Assembly (NCBI GenBank): GCA_038214755.1 | Contig: JBBQRQ010000047.1 | Coordinates: 1-38,308, forward strand | Direction: 5' to 3' | DNA: 38,308 nt | Source of the DNA: Verrucomicrobiota bacterium | GTDB lineage: Bacteria; Verrucomicrobiota; Verrucomicrobiia; Limisphaerales; CANJXF01 | Notes under the pieces: model-generated | The model's input: the letters and a program-made list of their open reading frames with translations, nothing else | Database searches by the model: none | Told to the model about the DNA's origin: nothing | Shown: positions 1-8,685 of the stretch, piece after piece | How the letters are laid out: the number at the start of each line of letters is the position of its first letter | Position numbering within the stretch: position 1 is the first letter of the stretch | Made by a program: the position numbers and the translations under genes

Positions 1-206
1 TTCCCGGGACTACAAAAGCCCAGCCGATTTACTGGCGCTCAAAGCTCCTCACCTCTCTCCCAAAATATTCTTGCTCCATCCCATCGCTTTGGAGTCTCTT
101 CTTTCTCAAACACGGGGTCACGATGTACCAAGGCGGCCCGCGCAATTGAATTTTCCACACTTGCAATTGTGGAGTCTCGAAAGTTAAATCCCTCGACAAA
201 AAGACC

Positions 207-617
207 ATGAGCCTTTCCCCTAAATCCAGCGACCGCACTTCTCCTCCTCTCATTTTTGTGGTGGACGACCATCCTGAATTGACGCAAATGGCCGAGATGG
301 TCCTGACCGGAGAAGGGTATCGTTGCCGAATATTTTCTGACCCAGAAGTAGCATTACACGCCGTCCGCAGCAGCGCTGAACCGCCTGATTTGTTGCTGAC
401 GGATTACGACATGGGCGCGATCAATGGATTGGAATTGATCGAGCTTTGCCGTCGCAGTTTTCCCGATTTGAAAGTTCTTTTGCTCAGCGGCACCATCGAA
501 GCGCACGCGGTGCTCGACCATCCGGTGAAGGTGAATCGTTTTTTGGGTAAACCTTATCGACCGGCACAACTGGTCGAGCTGGTGAAATCACTTTTGGCGG
601 AACCACCGCGGATCTGA
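207..617 (+). CDS. Stand-alone response regulator receiver (CheY-like) protein
   Basis: IFVVDD acidic pocket, DLLLTD phospho-acceptor followed by M..INGLEL, LLLSG, FLGKPY. Confidence 0.9.
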   Translation: MSLSPKSSDRTSPPLIFVVDDHPELTQMAEMVLTGEGYRCRIFSDPEVALHAVRSSAEPPDLLLTDYDMGAINGLELIELCRRSFPDLKVLLLSGTIEAHAVLDHPVKVNRFLGKPYRPAQLVELVKSLLAEPPRI

Positions 618-633
618 TTTCAATGGCGGCCAC

Positions 634-785
634 GTAGCGCAGGATTGCATCCTGCTGTATCGCCGGTTTGAAACCGGCTAAACGCCGCAAAAAGAAAAAG
701 TCTTTGGTTATCGAAAAGTCTCTCCTTCCTGGCGGCATTTCGCAGGTGGAAAACCGGCGATACAGCGGGATGCATCCTTCGCTAC
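634..785. repeat. REP-like palindromic element, family A (GTAG...CTAC, about 150 bp), copy 1
   Basis: First 46 nt (GTAGCGCAGGATTGCATCCTGCTGTATCGCCGGTTTGAAACCGGCT) are identical at 634, 5152 and 6376; the ends are mutually inverted. Confidence 0.9.
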
Positions 786-808
786 GTCGCCGCCACTTGA
801 AATTACAC

Positions 809-1011
809 GGGTGTGATTAAAAGTGGGTGAGGTTGGAACCGATGTTATTTTGGACTGCGGGGACACGTCCCCGCTTTGGCGGCATGGTGGAAAAGCCGGA
901 AAGGTTCTTCATTTTGCGCACGTGCTCCATCGCGTAACGTGCAGGAAAAGCGGCGTCCTGCCGCCGCAGTCCAAGAAACCAAATCTCGCCGCACCGCTTT
1001 TAATCACATCC
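809..1011. mobile_element. MITE-like element with 9-bp target-site duplication, carrying a REP-C core
   Basis: Ends GGGTGTGATTAAAAGTGG and (reverse complement) GGATGTGATTAAAAGCGG; flanked by the perfect direct repeat AAATTACAC at 800-808 and 1012-1020. Confidence 0.8.
850..974. repeat. REP-like palindromic element, family C (TTGGACTGCGG...CCGCAGTCCAA)
   Basis: Inverted arms, each with an internal hairpin; related sequences at 3070-3099 and 8701-8802. Confidence 0.8.
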
Positions 1012-1076
1012 AAATTACACCCCGCGAAAGTTGCTGGATTGAATTTCCCAAAAGCGCCCGCTAAAGTCATTTCGTC

Positions 1077-1685
1077 ATGGCAACTCCTCAAACCATTCAA
1101 CGCTTCGCCGAAAAGGATTACCTTGAGATCGAGCGCGCGGCCCATTGCAAAAGTGAATTTTTCGACGGGGAAATGTTCGCCATGGCCGGTGGCACCTTGC
1201 AGCATAGCTTGATCGGAACAAATGTTTCGGGAGAATTTCGCGCGCGTCTCCGAGGAAAGCCCTGCATCGCTTTTAACGCCGACCTGCGCATCAAAGTCGA
1301 AGCCACCGGTCTTTATACTTATCCCGATTTGTCCGTGATTGGCGGACAGCCGCGCTTCGTCGATGGCGAGATGGATACCGTGGTGAATCCCACCGTGATC
1401 GTCGAAGTTCTGTCCGATTCCACGGAAGCCTATGACCGCGGGAAGAAGTTTGAGCATTATCGCCAGGTCCCGTCGTTGCGAGAATATCTGCTCGTGAATC
1501 AGAAGGAGCCGCGTCTCGAACAATTTCTTTGCCAGAAAAATGGCGACTGGCTGCTGCGCGAGATTTCGGGATTGGATGGGATGCTTTTTTCCCCGGCGCT
1601 CGATGTCTCCATCTCGCTCGGGGAAATTTTTGCGCGAGTTGAGTTTTTTCCTTCACCCCTCCGGGAGCAACGATCCCTTCCTTGA
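1077..1685 (+). CDS. Uma2 family (PD-(D/E)xK-like) endonuclease
   Basis: EFFDGEMFAMAGG..QH, YTYPDLSV, NPTVIVEVLSDSTEAYDRGKKFEHY, SLREYLLV. Confidence 0.9.
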   Translation: MATPQTIQRFAEKDYLEIERAAHCKSEFFDGEMFAMAGGTLQHSLIGTNVSGEFRARLRGKPCIAFNADLRIKVEATGLYTYPDLSVIGGQPRFVDGEMDTVVNPTVIVEVLSDSTEAYDRGKKFEHYRQVPSLREYLLVNQKEPRLEQFLCQKNGDWLLREISGLDGMLFSPALDVSISLGEIFARVEFFPSPLREQRSLP

Positions 1686-1933
1686 CGAACCTCAGCCTGA
1701 GATACGGTCCCGCCCGATTTTGTTTTAATCGGACAAAGCCACGACGCGCGTGCGAAATTTCCACTGAGTCAAAAAAAGTTAGAGACGTCATAGACCGCAA
1801 TCAGGACGCAGAAGATTTTTATGGAGAGTAGGGGAGTTAGACGAAGTCCCCCTTATCCGCATTATCTCTGTACTACTACCCATAAAAATTTTGTTTTCTT
1901 GCGCGCATTTTTTGGCCTCGCAGAAATACGCAC

Positions 1934-2067
1934 GCAGCCCAGATTTCCAACCTGCCGTATCGCCGATTCCAATCGGCAGGCGGTGGCAGGAACTGAGATG
2001 GGCCGGCTTTTTTCAGTGCTCTGGGAATTAGAATTCCGCGACAAAGCAGATCGGAAATCTGGGCTAC
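1934..2067. repeat. Diverged family-A-like REP element
   Basis: GCAGCCCAGATTTCCAACCTGCCGTATCGCCGATTCCAATCGGC ... GCAGATCGGAAATCTGGGCTAC; same architecture as family A. Confidence 0.7.
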
Positions 2068-2234
2068 TTTCGTGGCGGCAAGCCGCGCTAAGATGATTCG
2101 CGGTTTCAAGAAATTTGAGCGAACAAGTCTTTACCGAGATTCCCTTACCGGAAATACAGGCGGACAGGGGTTGAAAATAAAATCAGGCCGGATATTTTTT
2201 CCGTCAGAAAACCTGGAATTTAAAAAAGGGAATT

Positions 2235-3029
2235 ATGAAAAAAATTCAACTGCACTGGTGGTTCGGTATTTTTGCTACAGCTTTTTCAGTCATCAGTTGC
2301 ACCACCGTCAAAGAAACCGGACGTCACCAATTAAATTTCGTTTCGGAAAGCCAGGAAACCCAACTCGGCTTGACCGCGTTTGGCGAAATGAAAAAACAGG
2401 TGCCCATCAGCAAAAACTCCTCGGCCAATGCGCTCGTCCAAAAAGTCGGTCGAAAAATTGCCGACGTCGCCAGTCCCGAAATGCCGAACGCCCAGTGGGA
2501 ATTTGTCGTTTTTGAAAGCAAGGAGGCCAACGCGTTTTGTTTGCCCGGCGGAAAAATTGGAGTTTACAGCGGCATCCTCCCCATCACCAAAGATGAAGCG
2601 GGTCTCGCCACGGTTATTTCGCATGAAGTTGCCCACGCCGTCGCTCATCACGGCGCGGAACGGATGAGTCAGGCGACCCTCGTGCAGGGAGGTGGGGAGG
2701 TGATTGGCGCGCTTTCGGCTAACGCTCGACCGATCACTCAATCCGCTATTGGGCTGGCCTACGGATTGGGAACGCAGGTTGGAGTTCTTCTACCCTACAG
2801 CCGCGCGCAGGAATCCGAGGCCGACCACATCGGCCTGAAATTCATGGCGCGCGCGGGTTACAATCCTACGGCAGCCGTGGATTTTTGGCAGCGTTTTTCT
2901 GCGTTCATCGAGAAGTCGGGCGGTGCGAATACACCGTCCCTTTTGCGCACCCATCCGGTGGATTCCAAACGGATCGCCGACATCCAGAAATGGCTGCCCG
3001 AAGCGGAAAAGGAATACAGCGGGAAATAA
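2235..3029 (+). CDS. M48 family zinc metallopeptidase, probable lipoprotein
   Basis: Signal ending VISC, NAFCLPGGKI, HEVAH zinc motif, YSRAQESEADHIG, THP. Confidence 0.92.
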   Translation: MKKIQLHWWFGIFATAFSVISCTTVKETGRHQLNFVSESQETQLGLTAFGEMKKQVPISKNSSANALVQKVGRKIADVASPEMPNAQWEFVVFESKEANAFCLPGGKIGVYSGILPITKDEAGLATVISHEVAHAVAHHGAERMSQATLVQGGGEVIGALSANARPITQSAIGLAYGLGTQVGVLLPYSRAQESEADHIGLKFMARAGYNPTAAVDFWQRFSAFIEKSGGANTPSLLRTHPVDSKRIADIQKWLPEAEKEYSGK

Positions 3030-3069
3030 CCTGGCCAATTATTTTCTCATGCCGAGTGGCGATATTTCT

Positions 3070-3099
3070 TTGGACTGCGGCCGGCATGACGCCGCTTTT
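3070..3099. repeat. Single REP family C arm
   Basis: TTGGACTGCGGCCGGCATGACGCCGCTTTT resembles the arms at 850 and 945-974. Confidence 0.65.
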
Positions 3100-3208
3100 C
3101 CTTCACGTTCGGCTGACAGGAAAGAATTCTCGAACTGAGTGACTTCTTGTTTTTTTTTACGTGCAACCAACGCGTCAGAGATCGACGGAGTCTCGCTCTC
3201 CGTTGGAA

Positions 3209-4120
3209 TCACAGTTGGCGCGCTCGATAGAAACGTTGACTCAAGTTAGTGGCGGGATCGGTGAAACGAGTGGCCCCGTTGGTGTTTGTCACGATTCCAA
3301 GGCTGGTCCAATTGCTCACCGATAAAGCTACATTGGTCGCCGCCAGAATCTCGAAGGTCAGTCCCGGTTCGCTTCGCATCGTGAATTGGAATTGGCGATT
3401 TGTCCTGGAGGGATTGATCAACGCCGGTCCGATAATTTCGGTCAAGCGGACATTGTCGAGGTCCCAATATCCGCCGGCCATGACCGGGTCAACGGTGGAG
3501 CGCAATTCAATTCCGATGTATTGCCCGGCCCACGCATCGCCGAACTTCACGGCGGGCGTTTGGACACGATAGTCAATAAAATGAGTGTTGGTCGGAAAAT
3601 TGGCGGCGGTATTGGTGACGGAGGTCGCCGCGATCACGACCCGATTGCTCGCGGCGTCCCGGTAATACAAATTGATTTCCATCGTCACGCCATTGCTCAT
3701 GCCACCGCCGCCTCCGATGATCCCGACGGCCAGGTTGTAGGAGTTGCCCACTTCAAACTTTGCGTTGAAGGAATGCGTCGGCGTCAAATGCGCGTAATCC
3801 AGGGAGTTGTAATCCTGGAATACAGTCACTCCAGGGACAGCAAATAAAAAGGCGGCTTGGATTCCATCGCAGTTGTCGATGAAACTCGTCCCAGGTCCAT
3901 TGAAAAATACGCCGGTCAGTTGATTCCCAGTCTGCTCCCACAAGTCGATCCGGGGATCGGCAAAAGGTGTGGAGGGTGATTCAAACGAGCCGTTCGGGAC
4001 GACGATTGCGCCAGCGTGGAGGAAACCGACACTCATCATCAAGACGGCCGCAAACGTCAAACGGCTCGTCAGGGCGTTGGCCGTGATCACCAACTCTCTT
4101 TTAGATTCAATCATTTTCAT
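3209..4120 (-). CDS. Secreted hypothetical protein with a beta-rich N-terminal domain and a C-terminal '...NW....F.D....RFYR' domain
   Basis: Signal peptide ending LHA, then VPNGSFESP ... DLDNVRL; C-terminus TNLSQRFYRARQL. Confidence 0.75.
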   Translation of the reverse strand: MKMIESKRELVITANALTSRLTFAAVLMMSVGFLHAGAIVVPNGSFESPSTPFADPRIDLWEQTGNQLTGVFFNGPGTSFIDNCDGIQAAFLFAVPGVTVFQDYNSLDYAHLTPTHSFNAKFEVGNSYNLAVGIIGGGGGMSNGVTMEINLYYRDAASNRVVIAATSVTNTAANFPTNTHFIDYRVQTPAVKFGDAWAGQYIGIELRSTVDPVMAGGYWDLDNVRLTEIIGPALINPSRTNRQFQFTMRSEPGLTFEILAATNVALSVSNWTSLGIVTNTNGATRFTDPATNLSQRFYRARQL

Positions 4121-4371
4121 TTTTTTCCAGTTAACAAAAAACTCTAAAATTTTCCGGCGCTTTGGCCATCCCTAATTTTTCGGCGAGATGAAAACCACCC
4201 CTCGGCCTCCTGCGAAAAATGTGCAGAAAGCAGTGGAACGGCGCAAGCGCATTCATGAAATTCTTCGACGCTCGATGGTCAAGGCTGCGTTGTTCCGCCG
4301 ATAAATCTTTCCTTCGATTTCCTTCCAGCGTAGCTAACGTAAAGAGGCTGGAAATGTCTGGTGCAAATTTC

Positions 4372-4722
4372 ATGCGTAAATTTTTTCGAACGCCGAGGCT
4401 GACGCGGGGCCGCATTTGGCTGGCTTTCGCCGTGGCAATTGTGACGGATGGTTTGCAATTAATCATGGGGCCGTTTGGCGGGACGTTCATTGATCAAGCC
4501 CTCGACGTGGTCGCAATGGTGGTGACGAGTTATCTGCTCGGTTTTCATTTGTTGCTATTGCCGACTTTCATTCTCGAATTTATTCCGCTGGCCGATTTGT
4601 TGCCGAGTTGGACCGGCTGCGTTGCTTTGCTCGTCTCGATGCGGAAGAGAGAACAAGCGGCGGCGTTTCATCCCGAACCGCCCATTTCTCGTCTGAAAAA
4701 TTCCAACTGGTCGGAGAAATAA
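4372..4722 (+). CDS. Hypothetical membrane protein
   Basis: Hydrophobic segments (IWLAFAVAIVTDGLQL; LLGFHLLLLPTFILEFIP..DLLPSWTGCV); start codon uncertain. Confidence 0.65.
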   Translation: MRKFFRTPRLTRGRIWLAFAVAIVTDGLQLIMGPFGGTFIDQALDVVAMVVTSYLLGFHLLLLPTFILEFIPLADLLPSWTGCVALLVSMRKREQAAAFHPEPPISRLKNSNWSEK

Positions 4723-4730
4723 CCACCTGT

Positions 4731-4801
4731 GTAGCCGCCGACGTGAGGAGGCGGATGGGTTGGTGTGATCCCGAATCCCGCCCCCTCACGTCGGCGGCTA
4801 C
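4731..4801. repeat. REP-like doublet, family B (GTAGCCGCCGACGTGAGGAGGCGG...CTAC)
   Basis: Near-perfect inverted arms with GTAG/CTAC ends; second copy at 6290-6363. Confidence 0.85.
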
Positions 4802-4917
4802 ATCTGTTCTCGAGGGCGCGGACTTCGAGGTCACGCACCTCTTTGTCCCGCCGCGTGATTGACGTGTGATAGAATCAAGGCGAATTAAATTGCGCGCCCC
4901 CAATCGCCAAGAATTTT

Positions 4918-5076
4918 TCAATGAGTCGCGCAACCGATTTTTCCAACAGCCACGACAAATCCAACCACGCTGAGCACGAGGAGCCAGACGATTCCCTTGA
5001 CCGCAAACAGCCAGATGCCGAGCCCCAAAATAGTTCCGATCACGATCCACGCGAGACAGGCGAAAAAAAAGTTCAT
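4918..5076 (-). CDS. Small two-helix membrane protein, 52 aa (below the ORF-track cutoff)
   Basis: Manual translation MNFFFACLAWIVIGTILGLGIWLFAVKGIVWLLVLSVVGFVVAVGKIGCATH*; preceded by TTGAAC-N16-TATTCT-N6-ATG. Confidence 0.7.
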   Translation of the reverse strand: MNFFFACLAWIVIGTILGLGIWLFAVKGIVWLLVLSVVGFVVAVGKIGCATH

Positions 5077-5126
5077 GGGCGAAGAATAGTCAGGTTACCC
5101 AAAGGTTCAAGTCTGGCGAACCGCGT

Positions 5127-5335
5127 GGGTGTGGATTTCAAGTGGCGTCACGTAGCGCAGGATTGCATCCTGCTGTATCGCCGGTTTGAAACCGGCTGAA
5201 GGTCGCAAATAGAGAAAGTCTTTAGTTCGAAAGTCTCTGGTTCTGACGGCATCTCGCAGTTTGAAAACCTGCTATACGGCAGGATGCAATCCTGCGCTAC
5301 AACTGACCGGCTGACTGCCAGTTTAAATCACACCC
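5127..5335. mobile_element. MITE-like element carrying REP-A copy 2 (5152-5300), inserted in the last codons of larE
   Basis: Ends GGGTGTGGATTTCAAGTGGCGTCA and (reverse complement) GGGTGTGATTTAAACTGGCAGTCA; flanked by GAACCGCGT (5118-5126) and GAACTGCGT (5336-5344), an 8/9 match. Confidence 0.8.
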
Positions 5336-6242
5336 GAACTGCGTCGCGAAGGTTTCGCGTCTGGACAAATTGACTCGGCGCTTCATTCAAACTCCCACGC
5401 CGATAGCCTTGCAAGTCGAGGGTAACGTGAGCGTAACCAATTTTTTTCAGCGCGTCGGCGATCTCAACAAAAGCATCTCCTATAAAAATCTTTTTCATTT
5501 CCTTCGTTCCAATTTCAATCCGCGCCAAATGCGTTTGCGTTCCAAACTTACCCGACGGCTCCCCAAACTTTGAACCTGGAACCTTAAACTTTGAACCGAC
5601 TTCATGGTGTCGCACACGCACGTCAAAAAAACCCAGATCGCGCAAAACGTTTTCCGCCGCTTCGATCATTTGTAATTTTTCGGGCGTGACCGCTTCGCCG
5701 TAGGGAATCCGCGAACTCAGACACGCCATTTGCGGTTTGTCGGCGGTGGGCAAACCAAGTTGTGCGGAGAGTTGGCGAATTTCGATTTTGGTCAAACCGA
5801 CTTCTTTGAGCGGCGCGCGAATTTGAAATTCCGTCGCGGCCTTCGCGCCGGGACGATGATCGCCGATGTCGCTGGCGTTTTCGCCATAGGCAATCACTGC
5901 GAAATTTTCCTCGCGCGCAATCGGTTCGAGTTCTGTGAACAATTCGTGTTTGCAGAAATAGCAACGGTTGTTCGGGTTCGCCAGATACGATTCGTTTTGA
6001 AATTCATTCGTGTGAACGACCCGCAATGGAAAAGAAAACCTCTCCGCGATTTCAACCGCTTCCTGCAATTCGCGGCGAGGCAAGCTCGGCGAATCCGCAA
6101 TCACCGCCAAAGATTTTTCTCGCAAAACTTCGTGCGCGACGTGCGCGAGAAAAACCGAATCCACTCCGCCGGAGTAAGCGACGAGGCATGAGCCATACGA
6201 GCGCAACAACGCGCGAAGTTTTTCCAGCTTGATTTCTGACAC
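5328..6242 (-). CDS. larE: ATP-dependent sacrificial sulfur transferase, LarE family
   Basis: PP-loop AYSGGVDS, RCYFCKHELF, D.RPG, ACLSSRIPYGE, VRVRHH, VTLDLQGYRRGSLN; GTG start assumed. Confidence 0.9.
   Translation of the reverse strand: MSEIKLEKLRALLRSYGSCLVAYSGGVDSVFLAHVAHEVLREKSLAVIADSPSLPRRELQEAVEIAERFSFPLRVVHTNEFQNESYLANPNNRCYFCKHELFTELEPIAREENFAVIAYGENASDIGDHRPGAKAATEFQIRAPLKEVGLTKIEIRQLSAQLGLPTADKPQMACLSSRIPYGEAVTPEKLQMIEAAENVLRDLGFFDVRVRHHEVGSKFKVPGSKFGEPSGKFGTQTHLARIEIGTKEMKKIFIGDAFVEIADALKKIGYAHVTLDLQGYRRGSLNEAPSQFVQTRNLRDAVRV
5562..5596 (-). repeat. Heptamer tandem tract inside larE
   Basis: Minus strand GTTCAAA GTTTAAG GTTCCAG GTTCAAA GTTTGGG. Confidence 0.75.
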
Positions 6243-6289
6243 GGAAAAAAAATGCCATTGTGTTCCACAAAAGTCGAGCCGTGACACCG

Positions 6290-6363
6290 GTAGCCGTTGA
6301 GGTGAGAAGGGCGGTTCGTAGTTTTTCTCCGACTAAAATCCGCCTCCTCACCTCGGCGGCTAC
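6290..6363. repeat. REP-like doublet, family B, copy 2
   Basis: GTAGCCGTTGAGGTGAGAAGGGCGG...CCGCCTCCTCACCTCGGCGGCTAC. Confidence 0.85.
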
Positions 6364-6375
6364 AAGTTGAAACCC

Positions 6376-6526
6376 GTAGCGCAGGATTGCATCCTGCTGT
6401 ATCGCCGGTTTGAAACCGGCTGACCGTCGCAAATAGCGAGAGTCTTTAGGTTTCGAAAGTCTCCCATTCTGGCGGCATCTCGCAGGTTGAAAACCTGCGA
6501 TACGGCAGGATGCAATCCTGCGCTAC
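6376..6526. repeat. REP-like element, family A, copy 3 (no MITE shell)
   Basis: Identical 46-nt left arm; right arm GGCAGGATGCAATCCTGCGCTAC. Confidence 0.9.
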
Positions 6527-6602
6527 GACGGTTCCTCGGTGAAATTTGCCCGCGCCCTTGCCAATGCCCGAAACGCGATTTATCCTCTGCAAAATTCAAA
6601 TT

Positions 6603-7925
6603 ATGAAACGACGTTTTGTTTACGGGGTTTTGGGACTGGTCCTTGGAATCAATCTTCTCATCGGCGCAAAAATTTATCTTTACTCCGCTCAGGCCGGCGC
6701 GAAAGACGATCCCTACGAAAATTATCGCCTGCTTTCCGAGGTGCTCGAAAAAGTTCGGCAGGAATATGTCGATGGCGAAAAACTTACCTACCAGGAATTA
6801 ATTCACGGCGCGCTCAAAGGGATGCTCGCCACACTCGATCCGCACAGCGAGTTCATGGACAAATCCAAGTTCGACGAATTGAAAAAAGATACGCAAGGCG
6901 AATTCGGCGGCGTCGGCATCGTGATCTCATTGAACAAAGAAAAAAAATTGACGGTCGTCTCGCCGATGGAAGACACCCCCGGTTTTCGCGCAGGAATTTT
7001 ATCGGGCGATCAAATTTTAAAAATCGATGGCAAGAGCACGGACAAATTTGGCCTGGAAGACGCGGTCAAACGCTTGCGCGGCGAACCCGGCACCGACGTG
7101 ATCTTAACGATGCTCCGCCCTTCCACCGCGCAAACCAAAGATTACAAACTCACTCGCGCCGCGATCAAGGTGGACACGGTAAAAGACATCAACAGCAAAC
7201 GAGAATTTCCCCTTGGCGAGAATCAAATTGGCTACGTTCGCCTCACCCAATTCGGTGAAAAAACTTCCGACGATTTGGAGAAAGCCCTGAAAAAATTGGA
7301 AAACCAGGGAATGAAAGCGCTGGTTCTTGATTTGCGCGGAAATCCCGGCGGGCTGCTGGATTCCGCCGCGCAAGTTTGTGAAAAATTTTTGCCGCGCGGC
7401 CAGCTCGTCGTCTCGACGGAAGGACGCAATGCCTCCCAGAAAATGCCTTATCTCGCCACTGGACGGAAGAGACATCCGAATCTCCCCACGGCCGTTCTGG
7501 TCAACGGCGGTAGCGCCAGCGCAGCCGAAATTGTCGCGGGATGCCTGCAGGATTTGCAGCCGATCACCAAAGCGATCGTCGTCGGCGAACAAACTTTCGG
7601 CAAAGGTTCGGTGCAAAGTATTTTGCCATTGCCGGACGGTTCCGCGCTGCGATTGACCACTGCGAAATATTATACGCCAAGCCACAAAGTCATTCACGAA
7701 CACGGCATCACTCCCGACATCATCGTGCCGATGACCGACGAACAGGAAGAAGACCTTTTCCGAAAACGCGTTCCGGGCGGGCTGGAATCGTTGGAGGAAA
7801 AAGATCGCGAACGAATTCAAAACGCCACCGACCCGCAACTGGAACGCTCCATGGATGTGCTCAAGGGCGTTTTGCTTTACACGCAACGAAGACCCGCCCC
7901 GTCAAAAGTTGCGGCGAAGAATTAA
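6603..7925 (+). CDS. S41 family C-terminal processing protease (CtpA/Prc-like)
   Basis: LDPHS, PDZ domain (GEFGGVGI), LDLRGNPGGLL, SASAAEI catalytic Ser, TFGKGSVQ. Confidence 0.93.
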   Translation: MKRRFVYGVLGLVLGINLLIGAKIYLYSAQAGAKDDPYENYRLLSEVLEKVRQEYVDGEKLTYQELIHGALKGMLATLDPHSEFMDKSKFDELKKDTQGEFGGVGIVISLNKEKKLTVVSPMEDTPGFRAGILSGDQILKIDGKSTDKFGLEDAVKRLRGEPGTDVILTMLRPSTAQTKDYKLTRAAIKVDTVKDINSKREFPLGENQIGYVRLTQFGEKTSDDLEKALKKLENQGMKALVLDLRGNPGGLLDSAAQVCEKFLPRGQLVVSTEGRNASQKMPYLATGRKRHPNLPTAVLVNGGSASAAEIVAGCLQDLQPITKAIVVGEQTFGKGSVQSILPLPDGSALRLTTAKYYTPSHKVIHEHGITPDIIVPMTDEQEEDLFRKRVPGGLESLEEKDRERIQNATDPQLERSMDVLKGVLLYTQRRPAPSKVAAKN

Positions 7926-7980
7926 TCTCGACCGCGCGATAATGATTGTTCCGCCTCGCGTTTCGTTGAACAAATAAGAA

Positions 7981-8685
7981 ATGCCACTGACGCCTCTGCT
8001 GCGGCTGGAGCAAGTCGCTAAATCTTACGAGTCTGGAACAGAAACCATTCGTGTGCTCGACGCGATTAGTTTGGAAATTTTTTCTGGAGAATCGATCGCC
8101 ATTACCGGGCCGTCCGGTTCTGGCAAAAGCACGCTGCTCAACCTCATCGGCACATTGGATCAGCCCACGACTGGAAAAGTTTTTTTGGATGGCGAAGAAT
8201 TGAACGGATTGACCGAGGACAAACTTGCGGAAATTCGCAACCGCCGCATCGGATTTATTTTTCAAGCGCACCACCTCCTGCCGCAATGCAATGTCCTCGA
8301 AAATGTTTTGGTGCCGACCCTCGCCTCCAAAGACAAACAGGTGCGCGCCGGATCGAAAGACCGAGCCATCCAACTTTTAACCCGAGTTGGACTTGGTGAT
8401 CGTCTGGCGCATCGGCCCGGACAACTTTCCGGCGGAGAACGGCAGCGCGTGGCGGTTGTTCGCGCGCTCATCAATCAACCAAAACTTTTGCTCGCAGACG
8501 AACCGACCGGCGCTCTGGATAAAAATTCCGCGCAAGCACTGGGCGAACTTTTGGTGGAATTAAATCGCGAAGAAAAAGTCACGTTGATTGTCGCCACGCA
8601 CGCGCTTGATCTCGCCGCAAAAATGCAACGGCCATTTGAATTGCAAAACGGGAAACTCGCTCCGTTCCGGGGGGGTGTGATTTAA
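7981..8685 (+). CDS. ABC transporter ATP-binding protein, LolD-like
   Basis: Walker A GPSGSGKS, IGFIFQAHHLLP, LSGGERQRVA, LLADEPTGALD. Confidence 0.92.
   Translation: MPLTPLLRLEQVAKSYESGTETIRVLDAISLEIFSGESIAITGPSGSGKSTLLNLIGTLDQPTTGKVFLDGEELNGLTEDKLAEIRNRRIGFIFQAHHLLPQCNVLENVLVPTLASKDKQVRAGSKDRAIQLLTRVGLGDRLAHRPGQLSGGERQRVAVVRALINQPKLLLADEPTGALDKNSAQALGELLVELNREEKVTLIVATHALDLAAKMQRPFELQNGKLAPFRGGVI

Larger units (their letters stand above)
610..1022. mobile_element. MITE-like element (degenerate left end) carrying a REP-A core, with a second MITE nested in its right end
   Basis: Left end GGATCTGATTTCAATGGCGGC. Right end GCCGCCACTTGAAATTACAC|CC is restored when 809-1020 is removed. Confidence 0.6.

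Noticed and set aside
1690..2230. Possible ncRNA or small gene in the long intergenic gap
   Set aside because: Apart from the REP-like element, no recognisable RNA motif or credible ORF was found; a covariance-model (Rfam) search would be needed.
4921..5199. 92-aa + strand ORF
   Set aside because: It is the antisense shadow of the 52-aa membrane ORF and runs into the MITE/REP sequence.
634..6526. Repeated 46-nt sequence as a possible CRISPR repeat
   Set aside because: Copies are kilobases apart, form ~150-bp palindromes, have no regular spacers, and no cas genes are present.
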